Below, piece by piece: positions 60,613 to 64,000 of a stretch of 64,000 nucleotides of DNA. The DNA comes from Lama guanicoe (lineage: Eukaryota). Position 1 is the first letter of the stretch; every line of letters starts with the position of its first letter. The notes below the pieces were generated by a model. It was not told the origin of the DNA. It saw only the letters and a program-made list of their open reading frames with translations, and made no database searches. The position numbers and the translations under genes are program-made. Location of the stretch: assembly GCA_013239625.1 (NCBI GenBank), contig MU053513.1, positions 1,662,927 to 1,726,926 on the forward strand, read 5' to 3'.

Positions 60613-60880
60613 CCGCCTGGAGCCTGCGACGAGCGAAGGTCCTGGGTGCGCGCGGGGAGGCTGTGCGCGCCCGGCGCCTGGGTGTGGGCAGGGGTCTGAG
60701 CGCTCCGGCCGCCGCCGCCGCCGCCGCCGCTCCAGCCGCCACGAGCCCTCTGGCCGCCGCCGCCGTCTCCAGCAGCAAGTTTCCATAAAAGTCCTGGTGC
60801 GCAGCCTGTTCCCGCATTCCGGGCGGGCCCAGCGCCGGCTGCAGCTGTTCCAAAACACAAGGCCAGTTCCCCCAACCCCC
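60613..60880 (-). other. NEXN: NEXN non-coding exon 1 (5' boundary uncertain)
   Basis: CAGGCGG|gtgaga donor at 60612 within the CpG island upstream of exon 2; the TSS cannot be determined from sequence. Confidence 0.65.
60708..60730 (+). repeat. (GCC)7 trinucleotide repeat (GGC in NEXN sense)
   Basis: Read directly; shorter GCC runs follow at ~60752-60764. Confidence 0.9.
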
Positions 60881-61929
60881 CGCCTCCGCCGGAGCGCCCG
60901 GAGAGGGGTGGAGAGTCGAGGAGGAAGGCGGACGAGGGGGGCGGTGGCGGCCAACTTTCCGCCAGACCTGCCCGTCGCCCTGGGTCGGCTCGGGGTCCCT
61001 GAGCTTCCCCCTCCCCTCGGGTCTGCCTCCAGCTCCGGCGGGGTCCGAGGAAAGGAGGCTGCCTCGCCTGCGGGAAGCGAGAGATCCTGGAGTGGGATGC
61101 ATAAAGCGGCTGCAGCTGCCTCCCCCTACCCACCGCCGGTCTGCGCCGGGCCCACCTCTCAGCCACTCTACAGGTCCCGGTTTCTAAGAAGCCGAGCCAC
61201 TACCTTCACCCAAACCGTTGACTCTTGGCCAACCTTACGTTTATTGCTAAGAGCAGAGGACAGCCGACGGGAGACCGCTTCATCCGTCTGTTGCTCTCGG
61301 TTACTTGGTTCTGGTTTAACTCCAAAGAGGGTGGTTGATAGAGAAAAGTGGAGGATACAGAGGAGAAAGAGGTGGGGAAGGAGGAGACATTTTTTTAAAT
61401 AATATTTATATAATCTTCCAATTTTCCTTAATTGAAGGCAAATCATCTCTGGTCTTTCTAAACCTACATTAAGGCATCTTGCGAATACAACCTGGGCCAC
61501 CTGCCTGTCAATTAGGCCCATCAGACAACCTATATTAAAACCTGAAATACTCATCCAGAGGGGACATTTTCCTGGTCGGGGAAGATCTTCAGTTGTTCAC
61601 TGCATGCATAAGATAAATACAAATTTAATTAATGAATAAGTGAATTAGCAAAATTGAGCTACCACCCACAGATAAACCACGGACAACCACCTTCAACTTC
61701 CAGCCCTGGGTGGACAGTGGTGCTCAGGTTGTATTTTCAGAGATATTGGAAGGCCTTCTGGTCTTAACCATGTAACCTTCCTTCTCCACCCCATCCCCAT
61801 GCACTATCTACTCAGGATGGGAATTCTTTTAAGAGGTAAAAGTCCTTCATTCTTCAAAGTTCTAGATTGGTAATTAAAACAGCTGTTTCAGCTTCTCTAA
61901 TACAGATAGTGATGGATGGCCTGGATGAT

Positions 61930-63290
61930 CTGGCTCACTCCCTTGCTCCCTTCAATACCATCACCTTGACCTTCTTCAGTTTACGGAATTTTCCATGGTC
62001 ATTCCGGCTGCAGGGCCTTTGCACAAGCTGTCCCCTCCGCATAAAATTCTCTTTCCCCTAACTCTTCACCTAACTTCAACATATGCTTTTGCTGTCCACT
62101 TATGTGTTGCTTTCTCAGAGAAGCCTTCCTTTCACCCCAGTCTCTCTTGGTCCTCCCTGTGATAAATTCTCATTCCACCCATTTCCTCCCTACATTTATC
62201 AATTTATAATTATACATTTATTCTTATGACTTAAAGAAGTGAGTAGAGGCTCTCTTAACTGATTTCTACTCGACAGTTTCACCAGATACAATATCTCCAT
62301 TCTTCCTACTTAACTCTGAAAGTTACCCACAGCATGCAACGCCTACTTCTGTCCTCAATTCATCATTCATTCATTCAACAAATATTCATTTCTAGACACT
62401 GAGTGCTATACAGCCATCACAAAACAAAAAGCCCTGCCACCATGAGACATACGTTTGAGTAGAAGAGGCCGGACAATAAGCAAATAAATGAACTAGCAGT
62501 ACTTAGTGATCAGCAGTATAGATAAACCAGAGCAGAAAAAGTAGGAAATGCCGGAAATGGAGTGCGTGGCTGTTGTGCTTTCAGGTAGAATTTAAAGTCT
62601 TATATGAGTAAAAGTCTTGAGGAAAGTGATGCAGTGAGCCATGGAAATATCTGGAGATGCATGCACATATGAGCTCTGGAAATTCCTGGGGCTGTGTGGG
62701 AGAAGAGTGGTACAGGAGGAGGTACAAAGGCCCCAAGAAGGTCCCTGTCTGACATGTTCTAGGAAGCGCAGGCAAAGGGGAAAGGAATATGAAGTGGACT
62801 GGGGCAGAAGGCTGACTGTGAGGAACCTTTTCACACATTGTAAGGACTTTGGCTTTTACTCTTGAATATGATGGATGGCCGCTGGTGGATTCTGAACAAA
62901 GCAGGACATGATGTGACATATTTTTAACGTGTTCACTCTGGCTGTTGTGCTGCAAACGCACTAAATGAAGCAGGGAGACCAGTTAGGAGGCTTCCAAAAT
63001 AATCAGGATGACAGGTTATGGGAGTTTGGGCCAAGGTGATAGCTCTGAAGTAGTGAGAAATGCTTAGCACATTTTTTTTTATTAGTACACTTTTTTTTTA
63101 AAGTAGAACTGCTAGGATTCTGGTTACAGACTACATGTGAGATATGAGGAAAAGAAGTTCTTGGTCTGAGGAACTGGAAAATGGAGTTGTCATTCACTGG
63201 GATGAGAAAGTCTGGAGGGAGAAGGTTTGGGCAGGTGTGGTCAGGAGCTCCGTTTTAGACATACTAAATTTGAGAAGACTATGAGAAATC
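61930..63290. mobile_element. L2 fragments
   Basis: cagggcctttgcacaagctgtcccctc; cattcattcattcaacaaatatt; gcagggagaccagttaggaggct; tgttttagacatactaaatttgag-like motifs. Confidence 0.75.
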
Positions 63291-63795
63291 CACGAGTTGC
63301 CAATTTGTGCAAATATTCCTTGTGTATTTATCATGAATCAATTGTTCTCAAACTTGTATATCAGTTGTATGTTATTGAAATGACATAAACATTACAAAAA
63401 GGAAGAAATACAAAAGCAAAAATAGTTTTTAGAAAATCTACACTGAATGCTTTGAAGAATTGATAAAGGCAAATAGCTTATAAAAATTACCACTAAGCTA
63501 GGTGTAGGGAAGACAAATGTGAAAGAGTGGGTAGAAAATTATGAAACCCTACAGGGATTTGGCACTCATTGCTTTTCATATACATTTTTTCTCCTTCAAA
63601 AGTAAGGGAAATTGGAAATCTCAGATGACTGTTTAGAGGTATAGTTTATGCAAAAAAGATCTCAGAATAGGGAGTAGATCCAGACTCCAAGTAGACCTTT
63701 ACCCCACATCAAAAGATTGGCCAAAGAATGTGCATGAATTCATTTAAAATTAAAATGTCTATATTATCTATGTTCAATTTATTATGATTCCCTGC

Positions 63796-64000
63796 TGTGA
63801 TATCCAGCCACCAAGATGACCCCAAATGATCCCACCTCTTGGTATTTCTGCCCTTGCGTAATCTCCTCCCCATTGTGTCAAGGTTGGTCTGTGTGACTAA
63901 GAGAATATGGCACAAGTGATGGTATGTCCCTTTCAAGTCTAGGTTATAAAATATACTGTGTCTTTTGCCTTGATGTCTCTCAGACTGCTCACTTTGGGGG
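63796..64000 (+). mobile_element. MLT1F-like MaLR LTR (truncated by window end)
   Basis: tgtgatatccagccaccaagatgaccccaaatgatcccacctcttggtatttctgcccttgcgtaatctcctccc. Confidence 0.7.

Larger units (their letters stand above)
60150..61290. promoter_or_regulatory. CpG island / NEXN promoter
   Basis: Abrupt GC- and CpG-rich segment in an AT-rich background; GC boxes, CATTCC (TEAD-type) at 60280 and 60815, CAGCTG E-box, CArG-like CCATAAAAGT at 60783. Confidence 0.88.

Noticed and set aside
60095..61402. Long overlapping ORFs (335, 245, 201, 185, 152 and 126 aa) as novel proteins
   Set aside because: They lie in a CpG island where stop codons are rare, are open in many frames at once, have low-complexity R/G/A/P composition, show no recognisable domain, and cross the exon 1 donor

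Overview
Mammalian (eutherian) genomic DNA, probably from a camelid, judging by four tRNA-Ala-derived short SINEs resembling the vic-1 family. Two known genes lie tail-to-tail. On the + strand is the 3' half of FUBP1: the end of KH4, the Pro/Gly linker, the Tyr-rich motif exons, several alternative last exons and a ~5 kb 3' region ending near 19.3 kb. On the - strand is the complete NEXN (nexilin) gene: a non-coding exon 1 in a CpG island at ~60.1-61.3 kb and 12 coding exons that I spliced by hand to 2028 nt (675 aa plus stop). Introns carry ordinary eutherian repeats: a near-full-length Tigger1, MER44, MER45, MER102, L1, L2, MIR and MLT1F. Most entries in the ORF track are spurious. I see no evidence for a novel multi-gene system. 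The most interesting signals are at the RNA-processing level: a candidate 12-nt microexon, an extra Tyr-motif cassette exon, a candidate intronic last exon and strong 3'UTR splice donors in FUBP1; a GGC-repeat 5'UTR in NEXN with two spliced uORFs and an open in-frame leader; and a U6-L1 chimeric retrocopy with a second L1 fragment inserted at the same target site. Repeat names come from recalled consensus sequences and their boundaries are approximate.
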